A program made the position numbers and the translations under genes. Of a stretch of 64,000 nt of DNA, positions 38,481-49,536 are shown one piece after another (position 1 is the first letter of the stretch; every line of letters begins with the position of its first letter). Source of the DNA: a bacterium (GTDB lineage Bacteria; Hinthialibacterota; Hinthialibacteria; Hinthialibacterales; Hinthialibacteraceae); assembly GCA_963663405.2 (NCBI GenBank), contig CAXXSM010000150.1, positions 32,001 through 96,000 on the forward strand, given 5' to 3'. The notes beneath the pieces are model-generated. The model saw nothing but the letters and a program-made list of their open reading frames with translations, searched no databases and was not told the origin of the DNA.

Positions 38481-41400
38481 ATAAAAAACAGAAAATCAAA
38501 GAGACAACAGGATTGCATTTCTTCCCAAATATCACATCGCTCGATTGCTCGTGGAATCAGTTAAAAAAACTGGATCTCTCCCACAATACGGCGTTGCACT
38601 CACTCAAGTGTAACTGCAATCAATTGATCGAACTGAATCTCTCTCACAATACAGATCTAGAGGAACTTGACAGTTCGGGCAATACTTTAAAAAACCTGGA
38701 TGTCTCCAACCTTACCAAATTATCCTCACTCACTTGCAGTAACAATCAAATCACCGTTCTGGATGTTTCTCAAAACACAGCCTTGAAACGGCTCTACTGC
38801 TGGGGAAATCAATTGACCCACCTGGACGTCACCCACAACACCGCGTTGGAATCGCTCTACTGTTTGAGCAATCAATTGACCAGCCTGGATGTCTCCAACG
38901 CCATCGAGCTGCAATCTCTCGACTGTCGGGAAAACCTATTGACAAGCCTTTCCACGCTCACCGCCAATGAAGGACTTAGTCAAGGAGACTATGTCAACGT
39001 GCAAAATAACTATATCGGATGCGCCGATCCAGACACCACCGCGGCTGACATCCAAATTCTACTCGCGCGAATCGGCCAATACGATAAAAACAGCCGGCCA
39101 CGCACAGGCTTCATTTTCGCGCCACAGAAAGCATGCGCAACAGAGACCCCGGATTCACAGAATATAAATACACCAATCTTTTTCCCCGATCCAAATTTCC
39201 GCGAGGCGGTCGAGGAATTCATGGATGTGGAACATAATAGAACATTCACGGCGGCGGAAGCCTCAATTAAAGATGGAACGCTGGATTGTTTGTTACTTGA
39301 CATAAAAGATACAACCGGTCTAGAGTTTTTTCATGCTTTAACCGGGCTTAATTGCGCAGCCAACCAATTGACGCGCCTGGATGTTTCTAATAATACAGCA
39401 CTAACCGGCTTGATTTGCACTCAAAATCAATTAACAAGCCTCGATGTTAGTAACAATCCCAAGTTGGGACTGCTCCTTTGCTATGAAAACGAATTAACAA
39501 GTTTGGATGTCACTCACAATCCCATGTTGGAATCACTTCGCTGTGATTTTAATCAACTCACCAGTCTAGATGTTTCTAATAATCTTGTATTGACCACCCT
39601 CTGGTGCAGAGGCAATCAAATAGCGGATCTAGATGTCACTAACAACACTGCATTGTACTCTTTCTACTGCAGTGGAAATGAATTGACCAGCCTTTCAAGT
39701 TTTGTCGCCAACGAAGGGCTTGACGCCGGAGATTTTGTTAATGTCAGAGACAATTATATTGGCTGCATAGACCCTGACGCAGCCGCAAGAGATATAGAAA
39801 TATTAAAAGAACGTATTGGACAATTGTTTTTTTACGAATCCCAAAAAGACTGCGCAACCGCTCCCCCGGATTTACGGAACATCAACACATCGGAAAACTT
39901 CCCCGATCCAAACTTCCGCGCGGCGGTCGAAGAATTCATGGGTGTAGAATCCGGCGGTGGATTTACAGCGGCGGACGCTTCGATCAAAGAAGGAACACTG
40001 GATTGTTCCAACCGTGGAATCGAAGACTTGACCGGTATCAAACTCTTCCCACAATTAACTGGACTTATCTGCAAAGCCAATCAACTGCGAGACCTAGATC
40101 TTTCCTACAACATCGCTTTAGAGTATCTCAACTGCTCCGCGAATCAACTCACCAGTTTGGATCTTTCCAATAACACGATGTTGAAGCGCTTCGATTGCAG
40201 CGCCAATCAACTCACCAATCTAGATATTCACAACAATACTGCCTTGGAATGGTTGGATTGCCATCAAAACCAATTAAACAGCCTCTCTAGTTTTACCGCC
40301 AACGAAGGACTTGGAACGGGCGACTATGTCAACGTACAAAACAATAGCATTGGTTGCGTGTACCCAGAGTCCACTGAGGCAAATATACAAATTTTAAAAG
40401 AACGCATTGGTGAATCATTTTTCTATGAATCACAGAATGTGTGTGAAACGGATCCAAATAAAATACTAAACATTAATACTCCAGAAAACTTTCCCGATCC
40501 AAATTTCCGCGCGGCTGTCGAAGACTTCATGGGTGTGGGATCCGGTGGAGAATTTACAGCGGCGGACGCCTCGATCAAAGAAGGAACACTGGATTGCGAG
40601 AATCGCGGCATTCAAGACATGACGGGTTTAGAACGTTTCCCTGCTATTCCCGGACTCGTTTGTGGAAGGAATTCTATTTCCAACCTTGATGTCTCTTATA
40701 ATACCTCTTTAACTATTCTGATATGTGATTCACTTGATAATCTGACAAATATCGATCTCTCGCAGAACACCGCATTAGAGTCTCTCAACTGCGGTTTCAA
40801 TGATTTAACCAGCCTTGACGTTTCACATAATACCGCTTTGGTCAATCTTGAATGCTATTATAATCAAATATCCAGTCTGGATGTCTCGCGCAACGCCACA
40901 TTGGAATCTCTCGTTTGTTATAACAACAAATTAACCAGCCTGGATGTTTCTAACAATCCCGGTTTGCATGAACTCGGTTGTGATCATAATCGATTATCCA
41001 GCCTTGATGTCACACACAACACCGTACTGACTAAACTCACTTGTGGAGACAATGAAATACCAGATTTAGATATCTCCAAGAATCCTATGTTAGAATATCT
41101 CTCCTGCTCGTATAACCGGCTGACCAGTCTTTCCAGTTTTGTCGAAAACGAAGGTCTTGGCCCAAAAGATTGGGTAACTGTAAGCAACAATTACATCGGT
41201 TGCATTGATCCAGAAACCGCACAGCAACACATTCAAATTCTCAAAGAACGAATCGGAGAAAGATTTTCATACGAACCGCAGAAAGACTGTAACACAATGG
41301 ACTTAGATTCTTTCAATATCAACACTCCGGAGAACTTCCCCGATCCAAAATTCCGAATAATCGTAGAGACTTTTATGGGTGTGAATCACGAAGGGGAATT

Positions 41401-43407
41401 CACAGCGGAGGAAGCCGCTAGTAAAGATGGTAAACTGGATTTTTCTCTTCGTGGTATCTATGATATAACCGGAATTGAATATTTCACTGGACTGACAAGA
41501 CTCGATTGCGGCGACAATCCATTGACTCGTTTGGATATCTCAAACAATACTGCTTTGATTCATCTAAGATGCGCCAGGACTCAATTAATCAACCTGGATG
41601 TCTCCAACAATCTTGCTCTAGAGTCACTCTATTGCGATGGCAATCAATTAACCAGCCTGGACATCTCCAACAACACCGCTTTGACTACTCTTTTATGCAA
41701 CAGTAATCTATTAACTACTCTGGATATCTCCAATAATCCGGCCTTAGAGACTCTCCATTGTGATGACAATCAATTAACAATTCTGGACATTTCAAAGAAT
41801 TCCGCGGTAAAAACTCTCTACTGCGGTGATAATGCATTGACAGTCATTGATCTCTCAAACAATCCCGCGTTGGTGTATCTTCACTGTGAAGACAGCCAGT
41901 TAACCGCCTTGGATCTCTCGAACAATCCCGAGTTGGAATCTCTCTACTGCGCTGGCAATCTATTATCCAGCCTGGATACCTCCAGCAATCCAGCGTTGAT
42001 GTATCTACACTGTAACCGCAATCAAATATCCAAACTGGATGTATCTCAGAACACCGCGTTGGTATCTCTTAACTGTTATTGGAATCGATTAACCAACGTT
42101 TCCAGTTTCACCACTAACGAAGGCCTTGGAACAGAAGATTTTGTCGATATTCGAAACAACTATATTGGTTGCGTGGATCCAAACGTATCGAATAATGATA
42201 TGCAAATTCTTATCGATAGAATTGGAGACAGTTTTAAATATGAACCACAATTCGATTGCAACACAGCAGAACCTGACTTAGCGAATATCAACACGCCGGA
42301 TAACTTTCCCGATCCGAATTTTCGAAGCGTGGTAGAGGACATTATTGACGTACAACATGGTGAGCCATTTACTGCGGCACAGGCGGCTCAAGTAAAAAGT
42401 ATGGAAATTGCCAGTAGTGAATATTATAGGCTTAATATCAATGATTTTTCTGGAATTCACTTTTTCACTGGCTTGGAGTATCTCAACTGCGCAAATAATA
42501 ACTTAACTAGCCTGGATCTCTCATCTAACACTGCTTTAGTAATACTTCACTGCGTTTCGAATCAATTAACCAGTTTGGATCTTTCTCACAACACCGCGCT
42601 AAAGTCACTCGACTGCGATCACAATCAGCAATTAACCAATCTGGATATCTCTCAGAACACGGCTTTGGAATTCCTTGATTGCGATATGAACTTATTGACT
42701 AGTCTTGATCTTTCTCAAAATACTGCTTTGAAACATCTCCAATGTGAGTTCAATCAATTAAAAAACTTAAATCTTACGAATAATACTGCTTTACAATATA
42801 TCAAATGCGGGGGCAATCAATTAACTAGCCTGGACGTCTCTAACACAACTGCTCTAGAGCACCTTTCTTGCAGCAACAATCAATTGACAACTTTGAATGT
42901 TTCCAATTGTCCTGGTTTAATTGAACTATGGTGCCAAAGTAATCTATTAACCAGCCTGGATATCACTAAGAATCCTGCTTTAATTGAACTCGCGTGCAGG
43001 TACAATCAATTGACAAGCTTGAATGTCTCTCACAATATCGCTTTATCTGAATTCTCTTGCTCGAACAATCAATTAATCAATTTGGATATTTCTCAAAACA
43101 CTGCGCTAGTTAGGCTCTACTGCGCTTGGAATCAATTAACCAATCTTGATGTTTCCAATAACACCGCATTGGAATATATTAACTGTTCAGACAATCAATT
43201 GACAAGCCTTTCCAGTTTTGTCGCCAACGAAGGTCTTGGATCAGGAGACGCAGTGGAAGTGTACAACAATTACATTGGTTGCATAGATCCAGACGCAGCC
43301 ACAAGAGATATAGAAATTCTTAAAGAGCGAATAGGAAGAAGATTTTATTATGAATTCCAGAAGGATTGTGAAACGATGCCAACGAATTAATTTCCCATCA
43401 AGAAGAA

Positions 43408-43440
43408 AGAACCGCATAAAAAATGCGCGGTTTCTAGTTT
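43408..43440. terminator. Possible terminator between the convergent LRR and lptD genes
   Basis: Imperfect hairpin AACCGC...GCGGTT with A-rich left and T-rich right flanks. Confidence 0.35.
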
Positions 43441-43453
43441 TATAAAACGTCAA

Positions 43454-45862
43454 TTACCGAAACACATTAACCGGCTGATTCCGCATCCCCTTTTTGTTCC
43501 CGAATCCTGTAAAACTGAAGCCGATGTTTATGGATAGATCGTCATCCAGGGTTGGGTGATCGCGGTAGACGATGTGGAATGTGGTGAAGAAATCGTACAT
43601 GTCGCGGGATACACCGAGGGTGGTGCGGCGGATCTTCTCATCATCCAGATCGAACCAGATGCCGGAAAAAACCTGCCATTTATTGGAGACGTCGTACAAC
43701 ATCTGAATCGCCGCATCCTCTTGTTCGTCCCGTTCGGTCAGTGGATTCAGGTTGGGGAATAGATACGTATTGTATCCCATCGTGAAATGCAGGCGGGAAA
43801 GCGGGCTGATCTGCGCGTAATAGTACGAAGAACGAACCTCGCTGTCGTCCACATCGTATCGCAAAGTATTCCCTACAGAGAACCACGGAAACGGGTAAAT
43901 ATCAAATTCTTCGATCCAGTCGGAATAGCGGTAATCAGTATGGTTGGCGAAATCATCCGAGAACTCAAAATTATCGTACAACAGATTATCGTCCGGCATA
44001 TAGTCATACGCGAGACCCGTCGTAAACCGGAAAAAATCACTCGAAACGCCACCCTGGTCTTTCCCTTGGATGCGCGTCCGCAACAGCGCCGATACGCGGT
44101 GCATCTGATACCGCACCTCATCCGTAGGATCGATATACGGAAATCGGATATCCCGCGCGCCGGGGATCACTGAATTCATGACTTCTTCTTCCAGCGCGTT
44201 GTCCGGATGGTAGTACTCATAGCCAAACACAGGCTCCACGACGATACGCATCCGATCGTACCGGTCTAAAAACGGCTCAAATTCAGCCGTCGAGCGGTTT
44301 GAGATTTCCAGCCCCCCCTGGGGCATGGAGCGGGTGACCGAATCAAAGTTGTATGTGTTTTGCCGGTCATCCAAAGTACGCTCAGGATCGCTGTATTCCG
44401 TGCCCCGATACCCCACCCAGGGTTTAAACGTCCAGCGGGCGGGTAAAAGAATCGGGTAGGCGAACTTCAGATTCGCATCGTACCGGTCAACCTCATCGAT
44501 AAAGAGCGTATTCTGGATAATCTGATCCTGAATCCCATTCTTGATGGGAATCGTGTATCCTTCTTCCCGGCGATAGCGTCCGAAATCCAGCTGCAGGTTT
44601 GTGTATACATTCGAATCGAAAAGATTGGTCGGATAATGTTCAAAATGAACCTGCGGACGCCGTTCCACATAGGGCAGCCCGTTGTAGTAAAACGAATCGA
44701 ACCGCTGCGCGGCGGTCAGGCGCATGCTCTGATCGTCCCAACGTTTCACCAAATCGATATGCGAGACGGAATCACGCTGGATCGCGTCCGGATCACTTTC
44801 CCGCACCCGTTCGGGGCCGTGATAATCCCACAGATATTCCGAATCGGATAGTTTATGCGCCCGGCCGGATATACGCATATCGTAGGGCAGATCCTGCGCG
44901 TATTCACCAGATACAATGTATCGGTCTTCATCTTCATAAATGTTATCGTTGTCCGCCCCATCCTGCGCGATATGCCACCCATAGATCTCCCCTTTCGGGC
45001 TGTACTCTCCCCCCTTCACATCGAACTGAAATTTTCCGCCGGCGCCGACTCCTACATCCGTAAAATAGTCTCCATAGAAATCAAATTCATATTCACCCGG
45101 TTCACCCGGCACGATATTCAACCGGTTGAACGCCGCGTACCCAAGGCGGGAATAATGGGCGAAATCGAAATAGTACGCGACTTTGCTCTGTCCCAAGGAT
45201 TGTGTAAAAAATGGAAGATAAAACATCGGGTACGATTGGACGTTCATAACAATGTTATTCGCCCAAAACCGGACATTCGGAACTACCACGACTTTATCAA
45301 AACCGAAGTAATACGTAGGAACCGGCCAATCAGAACCGGTCAATTGTCCTTTCCGGACCGTATATTCAGGAATCATTTCCGCTTCGGTGGCGCCGGCGGG
45401 TCGCTTAGCGGGACGCCGTTTGTACGTAACCGAATCTCCTTTGAAGAAAACGCCCTCCGCGAGTTCGGCTTCCTTTACCTCTTCGAGTATCCCTTGGTTC
45501 TTTTCGATGTAAAAGACTAGATGTTCGCCCCGCAAAATCGATCCCTGATCCCACAACCGGACATCGCCGGAAGCGTGAATTGTCTGTTCGATCTGGTTAT
45601 AAATAATTGTGTCAGCGGTGATAGATCGATCCCCAATGATGACGGATGGGCGTTCTTCTCCTTTAGGACGAAGCATAATCGTTTCTGTGGGGATATCGTA
45701 TTCATAATCCCCACGCAGGATTTCAAAAGGAGTGGAACTCTTTTCCTGGGAAAAGCCGTTCCCCACGATACCAAAAAAGAGAAGGGATAGAAAACAGATA
45801 ACCTTGATATTCATAACGTAGACGAAACGGAAATTAACCGGATATTTCATAGTCAACCCCAT
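43454..45862 (-). CDS. lptD: LPS-assembly protein LptD-like outer-membrane beta-barrel
   Basis: N-terminal OstA-like region (ITADTIIY..ASGDV.L), P.FYLPF, long amphipathic beta-strand region. Confidence 0.75.
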   Translation of the reverse strand: MGLTMKYPVNFRFVYVMNIKVICFLSLLFFGIVGNGFSQEKSSTPFEILRGDYEYDIPTETIMLRPKGEERPSVIIGDRSITADTIIYNQIEQTIHASGDVRLWDQGSILRGEHLVFYIEKNQGILEEVKEAELAEGVFFKGDSVTYKRRPAKRPAGATEAEMIPEYTVRKGQLTGSDWPVPTYYFGFDKVVVVPNVRFWANNIVMNVQSYPMFYLPFFTQSLGQSKVAYYFDFAHYSRLGYAAFNRLNIVPGEPGEYEFDFYGDYFTDVGVGAGGKFQFDVKGGEYSPKGEIYGWHIAQDGADNDNIYEDEDRYIVSGEYAQDLPYDMRISGRAHKLSDSEYLWDYHGPERVRESDPDAIQRDSVSHIDLVKRWDDQSMRLTAAQRFDSFYYNGLPYVERRPQVHFEHYPTNLFDSNVYTNLQLDFGRYRREEGYTIPIKNGIQDQIIQNTLFIDEVDRYDANLKFAYPILLPARWTFKPWVGYRGTEYSDPERTLDDRQNTYNFDSVTRSMPQGGLEISNRSTAEFEPFLDRYDRMRIVVEPVFGYEYYHPDNALEEEVMNSVIPGARDIRFPYIDPTDEVRYQMHRVSALLRTRIQGKDQGGVSSDFFRFTTGLAYDYMPDDNLLYDNFEFSDDFANHTDYRYSDWIEEFDIYPFPWFSVGNTLRYDVDDSEVRSSYYYAQISPLSRLHFTMGYNTYLFPNLNPLTERDEQEDAAIQMLYDVSNKWQVFSGIWFDLDDEKIRRTTLGVSRDMYDFFTTFHIVYRDHPTLDDDLSINIGFSFTGFGNKKGMRNQPVNVFR

Positions 45863-46015
45863 GTTTAAACATATAAACCATCATGATCGAGATCCCAACG
45901 TGCAAATGAAAATGAGTTGTGGGAGCAATCACTAATGAGAAAACATTAGAAACTCATTTTCATATGAATCCACATTTTATGTCAAATTAATAGCGGCGCC
46001 TATGTGATGAGTCCA

Positions 46016-46486
46016 TTATTTCTGATTTTTTGGTCCAGCGGCGAACCGTTCCAACACCCATTCAGGAATCCGGCACGGAGCGACTCGTCCATTGTTCTCT
46101 TTGCAACAAGCCATTTTCGTCACTCCACTCGCGATGCGTAATGGCTGGTTCTCATCATCCCGGCGGTTTTCACATAGAATCTCATAGTAAAAAGTCAAAT
46201 ACGATCGGCCCTTCTCCGGAATCCAAGTTTTGATCTGCAACGCATCCCCCAGCCGCGCGGGAGAGAGATAATCCAATTCGGCCCGGCGGCAGACAAAAAG
46301 GCAATTCTTTTCAAGCATATCCACTAGAGTAAGATCGAATTCTTCCACATAGAATCCTCGCGCCCGTTCAAACATTTCGAGATAACGCGCATAATAAACC
46401 ACACCTCCCGCGTCGGTGTCACCATAACAAACTCGGTAAGGATACGCGCAAACAGGAAAATCGATGTCTTCAATCCGGACGCTCAT
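46016..46486 (-). CDS. Acyl-CoA thioesterase, YbgC/FadM hotdog family
   Basis: RV.YGDTDAGGVVYYARYLEMFERAR and Y.SPARLGD. Confidence 0.9.
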   Translation of the reverse strand: MSVRIEDIDFPVCAYPYRVCYGDTDAGGVVYYARYLEMFERARGFYVEEFDLTLVDMLEKNCLFVCRRAELDYLSPARLGDALQIKTWIPEKGRSYLTFYYEILCENRRDDENQPLRIASGVTKMACCKENNGRVAPCRIPEWVLERFAAGPKNQK

Positions 46487-46505
46487 AAAATGCCCTTCTC
46501 AATTG

Positions 46506-48347
46506 ATGGCTTTATTGCAGGCCGGGATTCTAATCCGCTGCCTATTCCTTCCTTTAATCGGTTTTGAACAGGACTTTCACTTCTTCGCCTCCTGGGCGAC
46601 CCATCTTGCAGAGAATAGCGTCATAACGATTTACGACAAGCCGGAAGAACTGAGCGTGGGATTCATCAATTACCCGCCCTTCTACCTCTACATCCTATCC
46701 GGCCTCGCCCGCACATACCGGTGGTTTTTTACCGGCCCTTTGGAGACACGCGTCTTTCTCTGCATGATAAAATCCGTCACAATCCTTTTCGAAATATTGA
46801 CCGCGTTTCTCCTTTACCGCTTTCTTCTGCGCAAGACGGATGAACGAACCGCACTATACGGATTCGGTTTCTATTTTCTTAATCCAGCCATTTTCTACGT
46901 CAGCGTCTATTATGGCCAAGTAGACGCGATATTCAGCGCCTTTCTCTTATTAACCACTATTTCTCTGATCGATGAAAAGTACTTTTGGGGCGGATTTTGG
47001 GCCGCTTGCTCGTTGTTGATGAAAATACAATCGATCCCATTCATGCCCCTCTTTTTCTTCTGGCCGATCGCGCGGGGACAATACAAGAAGATTATTCCAT
47101 TCGTTTGTGGATTCGCGATCGCCTCCTTTGTGATTCTAGCGCCGTTTCTGTTCAGCGGACGGCTGGAGAAAGTGTATCATTATAGCGTCGAAGCGAGTGT
47201 AGAATGGGGAAAATACCTATCTGTCGGAGCCTTCAATCTTTGGTATCTACACGCCGATCCATACACACTCGATAAGCGGATTTGGGGATGGCTTTTCGGA
47301 GCCGATGGGATACTAACCGCCTATCCGTTCATACACTATTTAACATACAGAAACCTAGGCGTAGGGCTATTCGGCATCGCGTTTCTCGGGATGCTGACCG
47401 CGGTATGGAAGCGTCCAGATCGAGAGGGACTCTTGAAAGCCGCCGCATTTATCGCGTTGGCGTTTTATATGCTTCCGACGAAAGTCCACGAGCGCTATTT
47501 ATTCCCCTTCTTCGTTTTCTATGCGCCCCTGGCTTTGACCTGCCTGACGAGGCGGTTCCTGTTCATCGGATTCAGCGCCTCTTATTTACTGAATCTCATA
47601 GTAATTTGCCCCCTCATTGGCGAAGTACATTACGTTGAAGAGATCGATTCTACCCTCGGAGCCGCCGCAGCCGCTTGGAATGTGGTTTTATTCACGGCGT
47701 TTATCGTGTATGAATATGTAATCCCATTTCGATCTCAGGAAAAATCATTCCCCTTGCTCGCGAAAACAATCGGATTGTCGATCGCCTGCGTCTCGATCGT
47801 TCTATATCTCCGGGCCGATGCGAGAACCGATGATCCATATACCCTCTATCTCAGCCGGATAACGCCTATTTCGTGTATACAAGATTGGCCGCCAATTCCA
47901 CCGGAATTAAGCGATCCACCCCCGGATTATCAACTTCGCATGGATCTATCCACGGACGAGAATCAATTACGGATCGGCGATCATCTCTACCGGTATGGGA
48001 TCGGCGCGCACGCCAATTCACGCATCGAATACGACATTCCCCGGTATTACACCATTTTCGAAACTTGGGTGGGAGTAGATTACGAAACAATGGAGAATTT
48101 CAAACTGTACCCGGACCGGGCGACTGTTTCCTTTGAAGTCTGGGTGAATGGAGTCAAACTGGCGGAAACACCCTTAATGATCCCCACATCACCTCCTAGG
48201 AAAATCTCAGTGCGTCTTCCCCGGAGCCAAGAAACCAACCGGTTGACGTTAATTGTGAGAAATGGAGAAGATGGTTCCGCATCTGATCATGCGGACTGGG
48301 CGCTGGCGCGAGTAATACGAACTTTTCTACCCCCGGCGGAGAGATGA
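46506..48347 (+). CDS. Multi-TM GT-C-type glycosyltransferase with a C-terminal NPCBM/NEW2 domain (start uncertain)
   Basis: NYPP, NPA..Y.S..YGQVD, K.Q and HERY; C-terminal GIGAHA.S.IEY...VGVD...DHADW. Confidence 0.75.
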   Translation: MALLQAGILIRCLFLPLIGFEQDFHFFASWATHLAENSVITIYDKPEELSVGFINYPPFYLYILSGLARTYRWFFTGPLETRVFLCMIKSVTILFEILTAFLLYRFLLRKTDERTALYGFGFYFLNPAIFYVSVYYGQVDAIFSAFLLLTTISLIDEKYFWGGFWAACSLLMKIQSIPFMPLFFFWPIARGQYKKIIPFVCGFAIASFVILAPFLFSGRLEKVYHYSVEASVEWGKYLSVGAFNLWYLHADPYTLDKRIWGWLFGADGILTAYPFIHYLTYRNLGVGLFGIAFLGMLTAVWKRPDREGLLKAAAFIALAFYMLPTKVHERYLFPFFVFYAPLALTCLTRRFLFIGFSASYLLNLIVICPLIGEVHYVEEIDSTLGAAAAAWNVVLFTAFIVYEYVIPFRSQEKSFPLLAKTIGLSIACVSIVLYLRADARTDDPYTLYLSRITPISCIQDWPPIPPELSDPPPDYQLRMDLSTDENQLRIGDHLYRYGIGAHANSRIEYDIPRYYTIFETWVGVDYETMENFKLYPDRATVSFEVWVNGVKLAETPLMIPTSPPRKISVRLPRSQETNRLTLIVRNGEDGSASDHADWALARVIRTFLPPAER

Positions 48348-48526
48348 TCAATAACTGATAATACAGCGCTTTCTGATTCATTGCCACGAATCCAACGTCG
48401 ATCCAGCGGAGATGATTTCTTTTTCCGTGCAAGCCGGAATCAAGGAATTGATTCGCTTAAAATAAAACATTCAGAGGTTAGTTAGCGGGAAACGCTGTTC
48501 CTATCAATTCAAAATCGACCTTTTTC

Positions 48527-49270
48527 TCAATGCAAGGACCAATTCGATACTGCCGTTTCACATTCATTCTGTGGTTCGTATATAAACCCGAAGAATCCTA
48601 GGGGAACAGCTTTTCCTAATCGCTCTGTAAGAATTTGAAAATCACTCATCGCGGCATTTGGATCAACACAACCAATGAAATTGTTTCGAACATCAACATA
48701 GTCTCCTTGTCCAAGACCTTCGTTGGCTACAAAACTTGAAAGGCTGGTTAATTGATTTGCTTGACACAAAATACGCACTAAAGCGGGATTCTTGGAGACA
48801 TCTAAGCTGGTTAATTGATTTTCACTGCAAACGAGATTTTCCAAAGCGGGATTGTTAGAGATATCTAAACTAGTTAAAGAATTGGCATTGCAGGCGAGTA
48901 TAGTTAAAGCGGGATTGTTGGAGGCATCTAGGCTGGTTAATTGATTGATACCACAAAAGAGTACAGTTAAAGCAGTGTTTTTGGAGACATCCAGATTGGT
49001 TAATTGATTGCCTTCGCAGTAGAGTTCTGTTAAAGCGGGGAAAAGTGCAATCCCGGTCATCTTTCCGATACCGCGCCTAGAACAATCCAATGTTCCATCT
49101 TTTATCGCTGCTTCAGCCGCCGTGAATTCCCCCCCTGGCTCCACGCCCATAAATTCCGCAACCGCCGCTCGGAAGTTCGGATCAGGAAAGTTCTCCGGTG
49201 TGTTGATATTCTGGGAAAATGTGTTTGAGGAAATAAAAACGATGATGAATGCAGAGATGAAGTATTTCAT
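48527..49270 (-). CDS. Secreted single-module LRR protein (5 repeats)
   Basis: Signal peptide and the same N-cap and C-cap as the 35-43 kb genes; ends ETAVSNWSLH. Confidence 0.9.
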   Translation of the reverse strand: MKYFISAFIIVFISSNTFSQNINTPENFPDPNFRAAVAEFMGVEPGGEFTAAEAAIKDGTLDCSRRGIGKMTGIALFPALTELYCEGNQLTNLDVSKNTALTVLFCGINQLTSLDASNNPALTILACNANSLTSLDISNNPALENLVCSENQLTSLDVSKNPALVRILCQANQLTSLSSFVANEGLGQGDYVDVRNNFIGCVDPNAAMSDFQILTERLGKAVPLGFFGFIYEPQNECETAVSNWSLH

Positions 49271-49536
49271 GATTTTTCTCCGATCAATCGATAGATAATT
49301 CATGTATCATACAACGATTCCTATTTAGCGTGAATCTCTATTCCCATTAAATAGGATTAAATCTCTCAAAAACCTAACTAGTCATTCGACCTTTGGATCT
49401 CAAGAAAAACGCTGATAAACTGATAATGCCATACAGAATCGCGAAGAAATCACTATTGAACGGGATTGTAAGAAAGTGAAATGAGCAATGAAAGGTAATG
49501 CAAGGTTGATCGAATCCGTTTAACATCAATCAGTAA

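Larger units (their letters stand above)
36273..43390 (+). pseudogene. Giant six-module secreted LRR protein (1708 aa when rejoined) interrupted by an ISL3 element
   Basis: 36273-36497 (signal peptide and N-cap, ..CSGQYKK) joins in frame to 38489-43390 (QKIKETTGL..) once the IS and one TSD copy are removed. Confidence 0.9.

Noticed and set aside
38489-43390. 63-bp periodicity as a CRISPR array
   Set aside because: The repeats are degenerate in-frame LRR codons with no invariant repeat/unique spacer structure and no cas genes.
35210-49270. Diversity-generating retroelement behind the LRR variation
   Set aside because: No reverse transcriptase in the window and no near-identical TR/VR pair differing only at adenines; differences involve all bases.
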